A program made the translations under genes and the position numbers. This document shows positions 39,723 through 53,119 of a stretch of 64,000 bases of DNA, piece after piece. The DNA comes from Thalia democratica (Eukaryota). Numbering within the stretch: position 1 is the first letter of the stretch; each line of letters starts with the position of its first letter. The stretch is from the NCBI GenBank assembly GCA_965202585.1, contig OZ241826.1, forward strand, positions 32,550,001 through 32,614,000. Direction: 5' to 3'. Under the pieces are notes generated by a model. The model saw nothing but the letters and a program-made list of their open reading frames with translations. It did no database searches and was not told the origin of the DNA.

Positions 39723-42700
39723 AAGTATCCGCTATGTTATTTTAATTAAGCTGTACCCCTGAGATCGTTTGTCTAACATTACCTTCTGTAACCTGTTGGT
39801 TAATAAAAGAAGAGTTTAGAATATTTTTACTGTGTTTGCTGACTAAATTTTTGAATGGTGTTTGGCTTATTTTCATGAATAGTGGGTAGATTTTTTTCAT
39901 TGATGGTGTATAACCCGATTTTATCTACTTCTCTTATATTTAGCTGTTTGTTGAAAATTGGTTGTTCTTACAAAAAGGACGCCATTATGAGAAAGCTCGC
40001 AATGACTATAACACGTAGTCTTGCGAGCTTTCTCATAAACGCTCAGGTGAACAAAAAATTTAACTCAAAACTTTCTCAAAACTTAAATTTAAGCAGTCAT
40101 TAAATGCAGTTTGATATCCTGTTACAAAGTGTTTAAAGGTAAACAGTATTTTTGATTTTGTTGGCTTAACTCTGTAGTTCGCTGCTAAGACCGATTTGAA
40201 AAACGAGCCGAATATGAATTGCATGGAAAAAAATCAGCCTTAAAGTTTTTCTCCTAAAATGGTTTTAAATGTGCCAATTATCACAAAAACATCCTAAGCA
40301 AAGTTTTAGACGCTTCGAAGAAAGCTTCACAGAGGCTTCTTTCGTTTTTTGTAAATTATAATATTTTTCAAAAAATTGAAAATTACCTCCGTAGAACTTT
40401 CTTCACAACGTCTTAAATTTTACAATGAGTTTATTTGTAGTTACTGCCATATATAAAACTACGTTTAACAATAAACTTAACGGTTCATTTTTAAACTTCT
40501 ATACACTCTACATTAAGCTTGTTTTCCGGAAGGGTCTTGGTAGCATTCTTTAGAGTTAAACTAACCCGGTTAATAAATTCTGTGACCTTTAAAAAAAAGT
40601 TAAGAACTACTTTAGAGGTTACCAGCAATAAAGTTTGAAAATCCGAAAACGATGGTTGCCAAAAAACATAGAAAACCCCGCAATGTTGAGCAGTTTTAAA
40701 AATTAATTAGAATTAGATATGATAATAAAAAAAAGTTATATATATAAATTTGTTAATACTGTTTACAAATTTTATATATTTTACTATAAAGAAAATAAAG
40801 TATCTTTTCAAGATTTATATTTTATTGAACATAGTGTTTTACCTTAAATTAGTTTTACTTAAAAAACAGACAGAAAAATGTTCCTTCAAAATCCTGGAAG
40901 AAATCAAAATACTTCTTTACAACCCCGAAAATATTATACCCTTTATCTTAAAAATGTTAAAGCTTTTTCATTCAAAATTATCTTAATATAAAAACAAATG
41001 CATTTTTAAAACAAAAGCTCTAATTACCACAACTTTTTTTAAATTCTAGTTTAAAATGAACTATTTATGGATCATTTAGAGCAGCGGTTCTTAACTTTTT
41101 TTTCATGTTTTACCCCTTTTTGGAAGTTTATCACCAAATTTACCCCAAAAAACGAAATAGTGACTATGACCCATTTTTTAAAAACTAAGTTTTATTCATG
41201 TTACTCGTATATTTAAAGAACTCTGTAAAATAATATACATGTATAATTGCTTTTATGACCCAGAATTAAGCACGTCTTAATGAAAAAAATAGGCATATAA
41301 ATGTGTTACTTAGTCTTTTATACTTAAACTTTGTTATAATTTCCATTTCACGTTTATTTTAAATTTTATTGCTTGTTTTCCCCCCAAAAAAAAATAGGTA
41401 ATATTGAGCCGGGATAAATATTACCGAAAATTTTTGATATATTGAAAAGTTTATAAGTCTTTTTATGTAGTAAAATTATTAGTTAGTTTTTTATGCTTGT
41501 TTGTACAACAAAAATACTAGTTGGTTTATAAAATTATTTTGATGTATGAAATTTATTTTTAAATTACTCACTAAAAGTCAATTGGATTTTTTAACGTAAT
41601 ATAAAAACTTTTTTTTTAGTTCAAACTTAAATTTTCAATATTATTCACATAATTTTTACTCTTAGAATTTTTTTTATTTCTGTTTAAGTTTCAAAAAAGA
41701 TACATGTAGAAAAAACTTTTAGTTACTGTAAGTAAACAATTTACTTCTATATGTTTTTTATAATAACGGTCTAATTAAAGTAAATTCAGAACGGAAGCTT
41801 TTTGTAGGGTCGTATAAGACATCTATAGTTGCCAAAATACAGTGTGCTTGTTGATATATATTGACTTTTTTTGTGACTAAAAAAGTAAACTTATGTACTT
41901 CTCAAGAGCTGTGTTTCCTGATTTCAAAACGTATAAAAAACTGTTTACTAAATTTTTTTTATTTACTTGTGCAAACCGTTTAAAAAAGACTTTGAGTAAC
42001 TTTTCAGTTAAAAAGAAGCAGAGTCTGATTTAATTTAGCTTATATAAATTTGAAAATATTTGAAGCAGAAAAAAATTACCTTTTTAAACGTGAGGAACAA
42101 TTATACCTGACAACTTTTAAAACTTTTCAAATTTTTCGGACACCAAAAAAGTTAAAAAAAACACGTTCTGCGTCTAACCCTTTTAAAGTCTAACTATAAT
42201 TTAAAACTTATATTGATTTATTCAGTTTATAACTTTTTATTAATTTAGATTTTATTATTCATAATTTAAACTTTTGTGAACTAAGAAGTCCTTAATGCTA
42301 TGTTCTCTTTCAATTAATTTACATGTGTCTAGTGTTACCTTTGATTGATAAAGTATATACGTATAAAATTTAGTATCTATAAATTTTAGAAAGCTTTATT
42401 TATAAAAACTCCATAAAAAAATAATAAGCAAAAGTTTGTAAATAAAATGAGAGTTTTTCTGGTTAGTTTAGCTATAAAAGTTTAAATTTTAACTATTTTA
42501 AATCCGATTATTTGTCAATTATATTGTCATCCAAGTAGTTTTAAAAAATGAAATTTTAAAAACTCAAACTTCAGAATCGATGTTTTCGGATACTTTTTGT
42601 TTTAGTTCAAGTATACTTTAGTTTACATATAGAGTAAGTTAAAAAAACAGTGAATTGTACAAAAAAAAAGATTTTATCGTACTACTAAAATAAATTCAAC

Positions 42701-44254
42701 CTTTAATGGTTAATTATTTAAAAAGTATGAATTAACAATTTAAAATTATTTAGGTATTTATATCTTAGCAATGCTATTTTAACCGTAAAGTACTAAAAAC
42801 ATAGTATTAGTAAAAATTATTGTTTCGCAAAATAACTCAGTAGTGTTATTATTTTTTTTTCCTTTTGAACTTTATCTTGTTTTATGTACACTTTTTATAC
42901 AAAAATGATGATACTGTTTGACATAAAAAGTTTTACAGGAAGAATTGCAGCAAACTTGGCAAAAAAGAACAAAAACACCGATTTCAAAGTTATGTATTAC
43001 AATACAACTTAAAAAACTTTTTATGCTAATAAATTTATCATCTTTTGGTTCAATTCGATTTTTATTTTTGAATTTCTTACTACGCTTTTTCTAAATTACA
43101 TAAAATTAACATTTTTTCACTTTTCTATTATGCAGATCGCTTTTATTACGTTTAGTTATACAGAAAAAAAAAAACATTAGTAGCTTTCAAACATTGAGTC
43201 TCGTTTTTTAAATATTTTCATTTTAATATTTTTATTTAGTACTAAAATTAACGCATTGTAAAGATTTAAATTAATAGTTGTAAATCTGGTAGATATAGTT
43301 TAAAACAGTATAATCTTAATTGTGTTAATGTCAAAATCATGATTTTGGAAACAAAATCTGTTTATAATGCCAAAAAATATTTTAAAAATAATAAAAATAT
43401 TGTTTTTGTTGTTGTTTTTTAAAATTAAATTTACAGAAGTATTAAAAACAGTTTATGTATAATAAGTTCCCTGCTTTTTTGTTCCATTTACTATAATGTA
43501 TTTTGTTGTTCTTAAATAAAGCCAAAATTAACTGCTTAATCATCAAAGTGGCTGTGTTATGTATAAAATTTTTAGCTAGAAAAGTAAAAATAAATGTTAC
43601 AAAAGTTTTTTTTTTATGTTGAATGAAACATATCTTTATGAACCTTCATATTTAAAAAAGTTGTACAAATTAAAACTTGTTTTGATTTAAGTAACATTTA
43701 TTTGATAAATGATAAATTTAGTTTATTTTGTATGAGTTTTGTGTTTTTGTTGTAACTTATGTATTGCAGTAAATCAGTAAAAACCAGTTTGTTTATTTGA
43801 AAATTATAATTTTTTTTAATCAATTTACAACATTATGTTTTCTGAGACATAAGCTGACTCACATGAATAGACCCTGTTTGATAAATTAATAGTTCTCCTC
43901 ATTTATAGTTTGAAGATTAATGAAAAAAACCTGGGTTGTTTATTTAATTTTGCAAAATTAAGGCTAGTTTTGATATTTTCTAAATCTCAGGTTAGATTAA
44001 AAAAAAAACTGAACTGCGATTTTATTAACTTTTTTTTTAATTATCAGGTGAATAGTTTTACTCAATTTTATTATTTTATACACTTAACCTAAACACCAGA
44101 GTTCAGACAGTCATGCTGGCATTTTCCTCAAAGATTAGGCCACCATGTTGTATTGTTTACAACCTACTTAAACTGCAATTGAATTTGAGATAATCTTTAT
44201 TTACATATTTTATCATATGTAAAAATCTGTTCTTTAAAAAATTTCTAAAAACAG

Positions 44255-44614
44255 CAGGGTTGCCACTTTATCTGTAAAACTGGAAAAACCTGGAATTTGA
44301 CAATTTAGGCTAAAATAACCTGGAAAAACCTAAAGTTTTTAATGATTTTAACATTTTTAGTTGTAAAATTTTGATTTGACACAAAAATTTTATCATATAA
44401 TTAAGATTTTTTTTTATCATGAAGATTTTTTTGTCAAAAAACACATTTAAAATTACTTTACAGTATCTTTTAAATATTTTTTTACTATATAACACATTTT
44501 CTTAACTAGAAATTAACTTAAAACTAAAAATAGACCCAAAAATGTGTACTTTTAAAAACCTAGAAGAAATGTGGAAAAATGGAAAAAAAAATAAAAAAAC
44601 GTGTGGCAATCCTG
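44255..44614 (+). mobile_element. MITE family A
   Basis: CAGGGTTGCCAC / GTGGCAATCCTG; 6-bp TSD AAACAG on both sides. Confidence 0.92.
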
Positions 44615-44792
44615 AAACAGTTAATTGTAACAGTTATAAAAAGAATTTAGTGTCATAATGTAACAAAGTTTCGTAGTTTTTAAACATATTTTTAAACCTG
44701 CATAACTATGCGTTTAATAATGTCGCCACATTTAGAGTCAAGACACTCAGGATAAGTTGAACTAGTTTAAACTTCTTTTAAAAAATTAAGTT

Positions 44793-45206
44793 CAGGGTCG
44801 TCACTTTACCTGGAAATCTAAAATTTGATAATTTAGGTAAAAAAAAAACCTTGTAAAACCTTGAACTTAAGAAAAAAAAAACTGGAAAAACCCGGAACTT
44901 TTAGCAAAAATCACTAAAAAACCTGAAATTTTACACAATATTTACATGTTATTTAGAAAGATTTAGATTTGACACAAAAAATCTACCATATAGATAAAAA
45001 CTATTTGTCATTATATATTTTTTTAATAAAAAAACACACGAGAAGTAGCTTAACAGTAACTTTTCAACATTTTATACTATCAAACACAGTTTTTTTACCT
45101 AAAGCTTAATTTTAAACTAAAAACAGACCCAAAATGTGTACTTTTTAAAATCTGGAGAAAATTTTGAAAACCTTTAAATATTTTTGAAAAACAGGTGGCA
45201 ACCCTG
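44793..45206 (+). mobile_element. MITE family A
   Basis: CAGGGTCGTCAC / GTGGCAACCCTG; internal similarity to other copies; TSD not preserved. Confidence 0.85.
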
Positions 45207-45673
45207 TCAACTTTTATTTGATTTCTTTTTTCTTTTTTGTTATCTAACTAAATCGCAGGCAATCAATTAATAGCCTTTTTATCTTAAAAAATGTACTTTC
45301 AATTAAGCCCTTGTTTTTATACATACAAACTTTGTTAACAGTGTTTTATCAGTTTATGGCTACAATATTTTTCTTTTAGTTTTACATAAACTAAGGTCAA
45401 CTCAGTTTTTTTCCCAAAAAGAGTGGCAACCCTGCTTCCAATCTGCTTGTATTTAATAGTACTAGCTGCATTAAACAGTCGCAAGTATGTATGGCATACT
45501 GTAAGTACAATCTTATTAGTTTTTGATATTTTGACTGATTTAAAAGTGTTTTATAAAACTTAATAACTGGTGTATTCACTTTATTTATTCTGATATTTTT
45601 TCAATTGAAATGTGTTTTAAATGAGTCTACAGCTACTTGTTTTTAAGTAAATTATGTACTTTTTATATATTTA

Positions 45674-45995
45674 CAGGGTTGCCAATTTACCTGGAATTTG
45701 ACAATTTAGCCAAAATAAACTTGGAAAAAACTGTAATTTTGAACAAAAATTACTTAAAAAACCTGGAATTTTAAACATATTTTACATGTTAAGTAAAAAT
45801 AATTTGATTTGATACAAAATATCTACTAGACAGATAATTTTTTTTTGTTGTCATCAAAAGTTTTTTTTTATAAAAAAAACACATTTAAAGTAGCTTCACA
45901 GTATCTTTTCAATGTTTTTATACTATTTAATTCAGTTTTTTCCTTAAGCTTAAGTTTAAACAAAAAATAGACCCAAAAACAAGTATTTAAAAAAC
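45674..45995 (+). mobile_element. MITE family A, right end missing
   Basis: Starts CAGGGTTGCCAA; homology ends near ...AAAAAACCTTGAA, followed by a foldback mini-element. Confidence 0.8.
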
Positions 45996-46030
45996 CTTGA
46001 ATAAATAATAACAATAAAATTTAAAAATAT

Positions 46031-46133
46031 CAGGGTCTTAACTGACTTTTGGCAAATTTTCCCCAGGTTTTCAAAATTTCTTTAAGGTTTTGAAAACCTG
46101 GAGAAAATTTGCCGAAAGTCAGTTGAAACCCTG
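46031..46133. mobile_element. 103-bp foldback mini-MITE with CAGGG termini
   Basis: Left arm CAGGGTCTTAACTGACTTTTGGCAAATTTTCCCCAGGTTTTCAAAA is nearly the reverse complement of the right arm TTTTGAAAACCTGGAGAAAATTTGCCGAAAGTCAGTTGAAACCCTG. Confidence 0.85.
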
Positions 46134-46559
46134 TTATTTATAAATATTCTTAATATTATTTTTATATCATGTAGCCTCAGTAATTAAATACATACTTTTT
46201 ATACGAATCAAAGTACAACTGTGAAAAATGACTGAGGTTTATTGAAGCAAAGTTTTTATTTTATATGTCGAACTACTAATTTTAACTGTCAATTTTTTTC
46301 TATATATGTTAGAGATCAATATGTTTATTCAATTGAGTTAGAGGCATCACATATTTTTGTACTAGTAAGAAAGTGTTTACTTTAAAAAGAAATAAACAAC
46401 TAATGTATAACTTATTTCTAAATTTCAAAATTCATGTATAAGTTTGAATTTTTTGAATTGATTTTTTTAAATTTAGTTCATTTGTATATCATATTGTGTT
46501 AAACTTGTGTTTTAATTTAAATTATGTTTTTGTATAGATATATATAATTTAAGTTAAAG

Positions 46560-46672
46560 TGTTAAATATAAGTTTATTTTCTTTTTCTCTTTTTGTGTGT
46601 CCTGTTCAAGTGGCTCAGGTTTTGATGCCTGAGTCCAACATTGCTGAATAAACAATATAATAATAATAATAA
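46560..46672 (+). mobile_element. LINE (CR1/L2-like) 3' end remnant
   Basis: Stem-loop CTCAGG-ttttgatg-CCTGAG followed by AATAAA and a (TAA)n tail. Confidence 0.55.
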
Positions 46673-49600
46673 ATTTGCCACTGCTTGTGATTACATAATT
46701 AGTTTTACATAAATTACTAAAAGTTTTTTACTCTAATAAGCTTATCAAGTAAAATTTTGTGAGTTTGTGAATATGAAGACATTTTGAAAAAATTCTACTT
46801 GACAAGATAAATAGGTTAAAAAATTCTAGTAATTTTTAGTAAAGATTTAAACTCTGTAACCCAAGATTATGACTTTTTTGTTAGGATAAATATAGTATAA
46901 CCTATAAAGAACTTTCTAAAATAACTTTTAAACTAAAATTATTATTATTGTTTAACTTAACTAATAAAGTTTTGTGAACATAAAGAGTAAAACCACTTCT
47001 TTTTATTAATATTGGAAAACACTGATCACGCTTATTAAAATTATATTGGTTTTCAAGCAATTATAATTCTTAAAAGTTTTATTGATTGTATACTTTATAA
47101 TCAGTCGTTGACCAAGAAAAAATCATTAACTTTCTCGTGATATATACATATAAGGTAACATACTTAGTTCTTATAATAATTTATAACATTTAAGTAATGT
47201 ATAAAGTTTTTAATTAACAGTTGTTATTGTTGTTAAAACCCACAGCTGTGAGTAAGTAAAAAAAACTCGGTAAAATGTTTACAATTCCACTAGCACTTAA
47301 ATTAAAAACTTTTTTGACTACTTTTTTTATTCTAATACGCCTTTTGAGCCTATTTATAATAAATAATTCCAATTGTTACTGTAAGATGTACCAGGAAAAA
47401 AAAGTTTTTATAAAAGTTAAGCAATAAGTTTCTGCGTGATTTTTTATTTTAAGATGTTAATACAGTTTTGGTGAGATAATATAAATTTAAACTTCAGTAC
47501 ACCGTTTTATATTTAGGTTTTTAATTTCTGTTAGCTAATTTTCACAAATTGTAATATCTGTTATTTAACTTAATTATCAAACTTTTTACTACAGTTTATT
47601 GAACGATAAAATAACGCTCAAGATGTTTGGTTCTAGGACCTGGTGCACAAAAAACCTTTCGGTTTAACAATGTCGTACACCACGGATACCTTTTAATGTC
47701 TTGCCCAGAACAAAGCTTTATTACAACATAATAACGCATAATGTTATCTTGTAAGTTTAATTAATTTTTGATGGTAAATAAATTTAAAAACAAATTGTTT
47801 ACATTCAGTACATTCTGTGCAAACTTCGCTAAAAATTGTTTTTTGTTTCTTCAGAACAAATACTACAGAAATACTAAACATACAATAATTACTATAAAAA
47901 GTCAGTTAGAATATAACTTGGTTGAGCTGATCAGGTGAGCCTATAAAAAGATGATATTATATTTTTTTTGTGGTTAATGATTATGATTTATTATACCTTT
48001 CTTGTTTAAAAATTGGTTGCTAAGTTACATTTTATTAAACTTATTGATATATTCACTGAAATTAATTGTCAGGAATAAAAAATATAAAATAAGTAGGTTT
48101 AAGTCATATGCTTTACTTTGTTCGAAAAGTGAATTCTTTTGTTTTTGTGATATAGTTTTTTTCTTAAGTCGTCTTTATATATTTTTTTAAATTCTACATA
48201 AATAAATGCTCTTCTTTTTCGTTATTATAATCAAAGCTTAACTTGTAATATTAAGAACTAACAGACTTTGTGAATATAGTTTACTTTGAGTATACTTAAG
48301 TTAGTTTATTCATATAGGCGCAAACAAATCAAGTAACCTACTATGATCTTTAAATAAATTAAAGCTTGAAATCAACTTAACTTAATACTAAGTTATGAAT
48401 TTTACTAATTGTGGAACAGCAGCTAAATCTTTTTTTACTTTTGACTTTATCGAACTATCATATCCTTAAAGTAAAATAAATAAATTGACTATTTGCAACT
48501 ATTATTTCTACAGTTAAAAAATAAAAAACTAAATCAGTTTTTATAAAACAAAACTTAAAACGTCAAGTTAAAAGATAATCAAGACTATATCTTATCTATC
48601 AACGAAAACATTGGCGAAAGTCTACATAGCCGAAACCTGGACTTTTGAATGCCGTGAGACAAGCTCAAGTTAACATAAGGTTTGATCATACCAATTCGAT
48701 CATCTGACCACAAGCCTTCGGTAGACTGGGACCGGTTTCATTTTTATTAGGACTAATCAGTCAGACACAACCGAAAAACTAACAGTCATCAATCTACAGA
48801 CAAGATTAACACTTTTATTAAGTTTTTGATGATGTGAACTATTAACTTCATGAGTTTTGTTTTAAAAAGATAATCAAGTTGTAGTTTATCATTACTTAAA
48901 TCTTTGCAGTAAAAAATATATTTTAGCCTTTTATTTCAAAACCTGGTTGTTTTTGCTGTAATTATCTGTTATTATTGAAGTAAAACTTTTAAAACTTTTT
49001 TAATTAAAGCAAGTATTGTTTTGCTATTTTCAAAATATGTTAGTTATCTATCTAAAAAATATCAATAGTATGATAGACTTTTACTTTATTTATATTTTTT
49101 ATATATTTATATTTAATACTTAAAACCTGTTGTAATTTTATATTTTGTAAAAAATTTAACAACGATTCAAAATAATTTAAACTTATTCAAATTATTCTTA
49201 AACTGTGTTATACAAAAAAAAATATTGATAAGAAACTTCAAGTTTTTTATTTTTTAAGTAAAAGGTTTAATAAAAATAACGTTTTTCAGATAAAAAATAG
49301 AAATTTTTAATACCAGATTCCAAAAGAAAATAAAAATCATTAGTAAGGATAAATTACTGTTTTTTTTTTGCAGAAATTTAGATTGTCTTAAGATTTATAT
49401 TTTTGTGAGTCATAGTTTTATTATTAAGTTTACCTGTTAAAAATTCTTTAGTGATTCATTACTATTTTGAAGAACACAATGTTATATCAAAAATTTCTAC
49501 ATTGTCAATATGTAATCAACTTTAATTTCACATTGATAAAAAACAAATTTACAATTTATATTTATTCAAAGGATTTGTTTTTAAAAAACGTATTATTTCA

Positions 49601-52600
49601 TAAATTTCTCATTTAAAGTACTAAGTTTAAACTTTGATTTTAAATATTTTAAAGTTGTTATTGTGTTTATGAAAATTAGAATTCTTTGGTTTTGCAATTT
49701 TACACAAGTCTATAGAATTCTAACTTAAAATTAAATTGCTTGAAAAAAGACTAATGATTCTTTAGATAATCATACTTTCATAAAAAAATAGCATCTACTT
49801 TTGTTATTTTCAGTATTTTATTTGTTTTAAACCTATTTGCTTTACTATTTTCAATAACCACTTTCAAAAACAAAAACAACTTAAGAATAAACAAGTAAAT
49901 GTTTAGTTTAAAATTTATAGCATACAAACGTTATATCTTATGTTTGCAGTTATTTTTACTACATCTTAAAAAAATAAAATCTTATATTTGTCATTGATAC
50001 TATAAAGGTAAATAAAAAAATATGGTTATAAATTTACAAAATATTATTTAAAACGTTGTGAAAACTTTGTTTTCATACAAACCTGTGTTGTAAACTAAAA
50101 AACTTTTTATTTTTAATACATAGTAATGCACAACCCTAAACAGCAGTTAATGCGTCTAAACAACTTTTGAGTAAATAAATAAATAACTTGGTAATTTAAT
50201 AAATTATAAATCAATAAAAACTTTTTTTTTAACAAAGTGAAACTAGTTAACTGTTATTTGCTAGTACTGAAGGAGGACGCAATGAAAGTTATGACATGAT
50301 CGAAAATTATAAAAGACAACATAAGAAAAAAAAGTTACAAACAAAGCTTTCAAATGCCAACAATATTTCTTTTTGGTGTTTTGTAAGTTTGTAGTTTGTT
50401 TTGTAATTGAATTGGTTTTTAAATATTTTTAGCGCATTGTTATTAAGATCTGAAAATAGAAATTTACAGTAAATAACATTTTATCTTAAACTTTTTTTTA
50501 AACTTTTAACAAAATATACTGTTTCACAAAGCTTACAGCATTTCTATGAAATTGTTTAAGGTTTTTAAAAACTTTATGTCTTTAAAACTGTTTGTTTTAT
50601 ATAAAGCTACTGTATAAAAAAATATATCTATATATTGTTTGTAAATAAAAAAAAACTAAATTTATTTTAAAGTATATCAATTTTAAACGTTGTTGTTTGA
50701 TTAAAAAATATCTGTTGTCTTGTATTTATGTTGATATTGTCATTTTCCAAAAGTAGTAAATTACATAACTCTCTAAATCTATCAATGTTTGTAGTATAGT
50801 TTTTACCGATATGAAGTTATAAATATATGTTGCTGAAAAACATATTACCTATATTTTTTTGTTCTTGTCAGGAAAGTTGTTAACTTCAGTTTTATGCAAT
50901 TATTTTCGCTAAAGTTTTAAATTTGTGTTCATAATGTTTTGTATGTCCTCTTGTCATTTTTAAAATGTAAACATAAAATTTTGACATTTAGAATAATAAA
51001 AAAATCCAATACATTTTTCAAACCTGCTGCAGATATAGGTATTTAAACGCTAAAGTAATCAAAAATTGCATTTTCAGCTTTAATTGCTTTAGTTTCTAGT
51101 CGGTTACTCAATAAATGTCTTTTAATAACTTATTACTATATAAAATATATATATTCATTGATCAATTATTTTTCTATTATTATTAGACTTTGATTAATAG
51201 AACTAAGATTAAATCATTACAACAAACTGTAGACAATTTTTTTAAAGTATTGTTTAGTTTAATGATGAACAATTATGTGTTTAGGTCATAACTAAAAACG
51301 TTTTTAGCCAATTCCTCCTTTAAAGAGTAGAAAATATTTTAATTGCTATAACTTTTTTAAATGCATAATTTATATTTTTTTTCTCTAATAATTATTCTTT
51401 CAAGTCGTTTACAGTTTTGATTTTTTACTTCAAACATTTTAAGTTTTTTCGAAACATAAACGTTGATAATTTAGAAAGTTATTTATGTGTAACTGTTACT
51501 TTTATCATAAACATTTTGTTTTAAACACTCTCATTGTATTTCATAATTTTAATTTTTTTAGTACTAAACACTAGGTTGATTTTTTAAGTTGTTTGTTTTA
51601 TTTTATATTATTTAAACTTTTTAATTTGTAGTATAGTATAAATTCAGAACTTATTTGTAACTATTAAACTAATTTACTTTTAATTTATTTATCTTTGCAA
51701 GAATATCGAGTCTTCAAGTCCTGACAAATCTTTATAGGAAAGCATTTCTAATGTTTCCAGTATGTCAAGTCGCAACAATATTAGGCGACGGAGTTAATTT
51801 TTGGGTCTTCAAGAACTGAACTGGTTCAACACTTCAACAAAAAGTATCCAACTTATTAGACCAACCAACAGGCTGAAACTTGCGCTTACGGTTTAATAGG
51901 ATAAATGTACATTTTAAGAGGTCTTTGCAGATTCAGCATTAATTTCGACCAAGATCGACCCCGCACTCGAAGAGTTTGGAGTCGAGTTTGAAAGTTAACC
52001 AATGAAATTTACGACCGATGCGCAACCAGGTGGTTGCTTTAGTTGTCAGAGGCAATAAACAAGGAAGTTAGGAAATTCATACGTGATAGACGGAATGTGG
52101 GAGGCGAGTCACGAGGACGTTCAGGGAAAATGTACGTTATGGTTATTGAAACAAGATAATAAAAAGGAAACAAAATAAGTTAACACAAAAGAACAAAATG
52201 TACATGATGGGTGGTTGCCCGGACAACTGCGAATTCTTCGACTGTTTCATCTAGCCATTACTATTTAACGGTTAAAAGTACGTCACGGCTAGAACGGACT
52301 GCTGTTTAATGGGGACGAAGAGAAACCGAACGAAGTTGGATTAAGAAATTAAATGCTTGCAGTGATTGGCTCTGAGTGCTATAATAAAAAGGTGAGCTGT
52401 TTATTTTCTTCTACGTATTATACTATTTATCAATGTAGCTTTTAAAAACATTTAAAATAGCCTTAATAGACAATTTTAGGTACTACAATCACTAAACACA
52501 AAATACACAAAATAATCTACCGTGCATAGTTATTAACAGTAACATTATTTTAAAATAAATCTATTACTTATCTTTATTCAATTTTAAACATTATTTTATA

Positions 52601-53119
52601 GCAAACTTTAGTATATTTTAATTTATTTAATACAAACAATATTTTTTTCGTATTAGTTTTCTAGAATAAATAAAAGTTACGAAGTTTCTAATTCTAAATG
52701 GTTTAATAAAAAGTTTATTTGTATGTCTATGTAACAAATACCATTTTTATGCACTTTGAAAACTTTTTGCAAGACTCTTTGATTTAAGAGGAAAGTTCAA
52801 TAATTTAAGTTGTTACACAGTTTCATAGTTATTTTTAAAACGGTCAGTAATGGATTCAAATATCGGTTTGAATCCATTACTGACCATTAATGCAACAATG
52901 GCGAGGCTTGTTTCGTCATCTACTAGAGGTTAGAGTTCGTGTATGCAAAAGTTTTAAAACAGTTAAAGTTTACGACCAGTGCGCAAACAACTGGTCGTCT
53001 TTAATATCAAAGGCGATAAGAGAGCTTAGGTGGCCATCAGAAACAAGTTACGTAGTTTAACTTACTTTACTACTATTGTGTGGACGGGAACGGGTCAAAA
53101 TTCTAAAAAGACAAAACTA

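Noticed and set aside
35941-52397. Ciliate-type genetic code (TAA/TAG = Gln)
   Set aside because: The 174-codon Gln-rich homeobox exon uses only CAA/CAG, and the intact ORFs end in TAA (20553) and TAG (34272). Standard code with decay explains the stops.
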